Origin: Orbicella franksi | Lineage: Eukaryota | DNA length: 64,000 bases | Assembly (NCBI GenBank): GCA_964199315.1 | Contig: OZ116707.1 | Span: 17,422,001-17,486,000 of the forward strand | Direction of reading: 5' to 3' | Shown: positions 62,561 to 64,000 of the stretch, piece after piece | Position numbering within the stretch: position 1 is the first letter of the stretch | Layout: every line of letters starts with the position of its first letter | The notes under the pieces: model-generated | Seen by the model: only the letters and a program-made list of their open reading frames with translations | The model's database searches: none | What the model was told of the DNA's origin: nothing | Program-made: the position numbers and the translations under genes

Positions 62561-63740
62561 TTACGTGATTACATTCTGAGAGCAGGCTTTCAGGTTAATA
62601 ATAACAGTAACTTTTTTACAGGGAAACAGTGGTCCATTTGTAGGGGGGCCACCTTTATTTCCACTAAAATGCGTAGATTGAAAAGCTAACTTTGTCTTTA
62701 ATTTTAAAGGAAAATCAAGTGCAACACCTTGGCCAAATTCATCAAAGTAATACCGCCAAAACGAGGCAGACATAACCTACAAACACCATCCTATAACATG
62801 TAATTCATATAACATGTAATTGTCTAGGCCAGTTGTACCCCTATTCCTAAAAATGTATCTCATTATGTCAGGATCAATATTTATGGAGGCTGTGTAACTG
62901 ATGCAAGTAACTTACACTTCAGTAAACCACGTATGGCTTCCACAAATATTGCAGCTGCTCTCTCCAATCTACAAGGAGCTATGTTTGGCTGAGCATAACT
63001 CCTGAAGAAAAAATATACATTTCTTTACCTTATTTCGACAGTGAAAAAAATTAATTCCAAGTTACACACATGTGCCTACCACACATCTTTGTGATAAAGC
63101 TCAATTTTTGTTGCAGGCAATAACAACAGTCCTCAAAACACTTTAAAAATATATTCTTGAGATTGCATTCCGATACCAGGCTGATCACATGGTGCAATGC
63201 ACCCCATAAGGCATCATACTCAACTTTGTTGATTCAATCAAAAATTAGAGAATAAATACAATAGAGAAGTTGAAATAGAAAAGCTGGTCACTTCACAGAC
63301 AACAAAAATTATGGAATTCTACTACTCCTTTTTAGCACCCTGTACTCCCGGAGTGATAAGATAGGTTTTAAAATTAATTTACCTAATTGCATGAAAATTC
63401 AAGTGCTCAGCTGGCTCCCAGCTACATGTCCACATAAGCCAACCTATTTTATCAAGTACTCAGTTCCCTGCCATTAGAAATAAGTAACCGAAACTCAGTT
63501 TGAATTTTTCTGTCTTTCAAGGACAAAACTATATGTATTTTCGTAACACAAAAAATCTCACAAAAAAAATTAACGCACCTTTTTCCCCTTCCTTTCACTG
63601 ATCACTCTTTTGACTGCGTAGATCTTAGATTTCGTTTTTCTTCATAGCTGAAGTGGCTCATACAAAATATCTGAACAACACAACTTGTTCAATATTTTGT
63701 AGTTTACCACTGCTCGTGGTCTTACTCGTGAAGCAGCCAT
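62561..63740 (-). pseudogene. Chromodomain-containing multi-exon gene convergent with the Transib-like transposase
   Basis: ATG 63740; exon 1 (63740-63579) ends KIYAVKRVISERKGKK; a phase-0 intron; exon 2 (63467-63383) GTEYLIK*VG..TCSWEPAEHLN. The last exon FWRYYFDEFGQGVALDFPLK is homologous to the 16304 and 45307 remnants. Confidence 0.68.
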
Positions 63741-64000
63741 ATTGAAAACTTGACAGCAATGAGCATGTCAATTAGACTTTGCAAGCAACCACATGCCCTC
63801 TAATTTGCGGGGGCAGAATGTCGCCAGTTTCTGGTAATGATGTAATGATATAAAAAGTTACCTGAAATAACACCAGAAACAATTTCCCATGGGAACTAGA
63901 CCAAATAAATTGCAAAAAGTTCAGAGAAATTATGCGAACACAAGTAAAATTTCATCATCAGTTTCATTTTATCAGTACTTTCAAGTGTTTCAAATGAACT

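Noticed and set aside
62561-63740. RAG2-like identity for the convergent gene
   Set aside because: No kelch repeats or PHD finger were seen; the recognisable domain is a chromodomain.

Overview
This is eukaryotic, AT-rich, intron-containing DNA. A marine invertebrate such as a stony coral is my inference from the element families and spliceosomal introns; it cannot be proven from the window. The window is almost entirely a nested pile of transposable elements, with no clear host housekeeping gene, rRNA, tRNA or CRISPR array. From left to right: (1) an intron-rich Kolobok-type transposase gene (E1) split by a Penelope-like retroelement with 254-bp terminal direct repeats, a minimal hammerhead ribozyme and no endonuclease domain, itself split by a 3.2-kb TTAA-flanked Kolobok; (2) a Helitron fragment, a TTAA MITE and a Transib/RAG1-like remnant; (3) a 5'-truncated LINE and a MULE/SWIM remnant; (4) a Polinton/Maverick remnant with a protein-primed PolB carrying a 1.67-kb tandem duplication, two RING ORFs and a parvovirus-type PLA2; (5) a second intron-rich Kolobok-type unit (E2); (6) a RecQ-like helicase gene split by a full-length Ty3/Gypsy element; (7) a second copy of the 13-17 kb block; (8) a transposase with a RAG1-like N-terminus (CND, RING, Zn finger) whose intron hosts a third Kolobok-type element (E3); (9) a Transib/RAG1-like transposase facing a chromodomain gene tail-to-tail, with a HIRAN-carrying pogo-type element between them. 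The best candidates for under-described biology are the transposase plus convergent chromodomain gene pair, the RAG1-N-terminus transposase, the three-exon accessory gene shared by the Kolobok-type elements, and the endonuclease-less ribozyme-bearing PLE. Family names come from motifs I recognised by eye; no database search was run, and most coding regions are disrupted.
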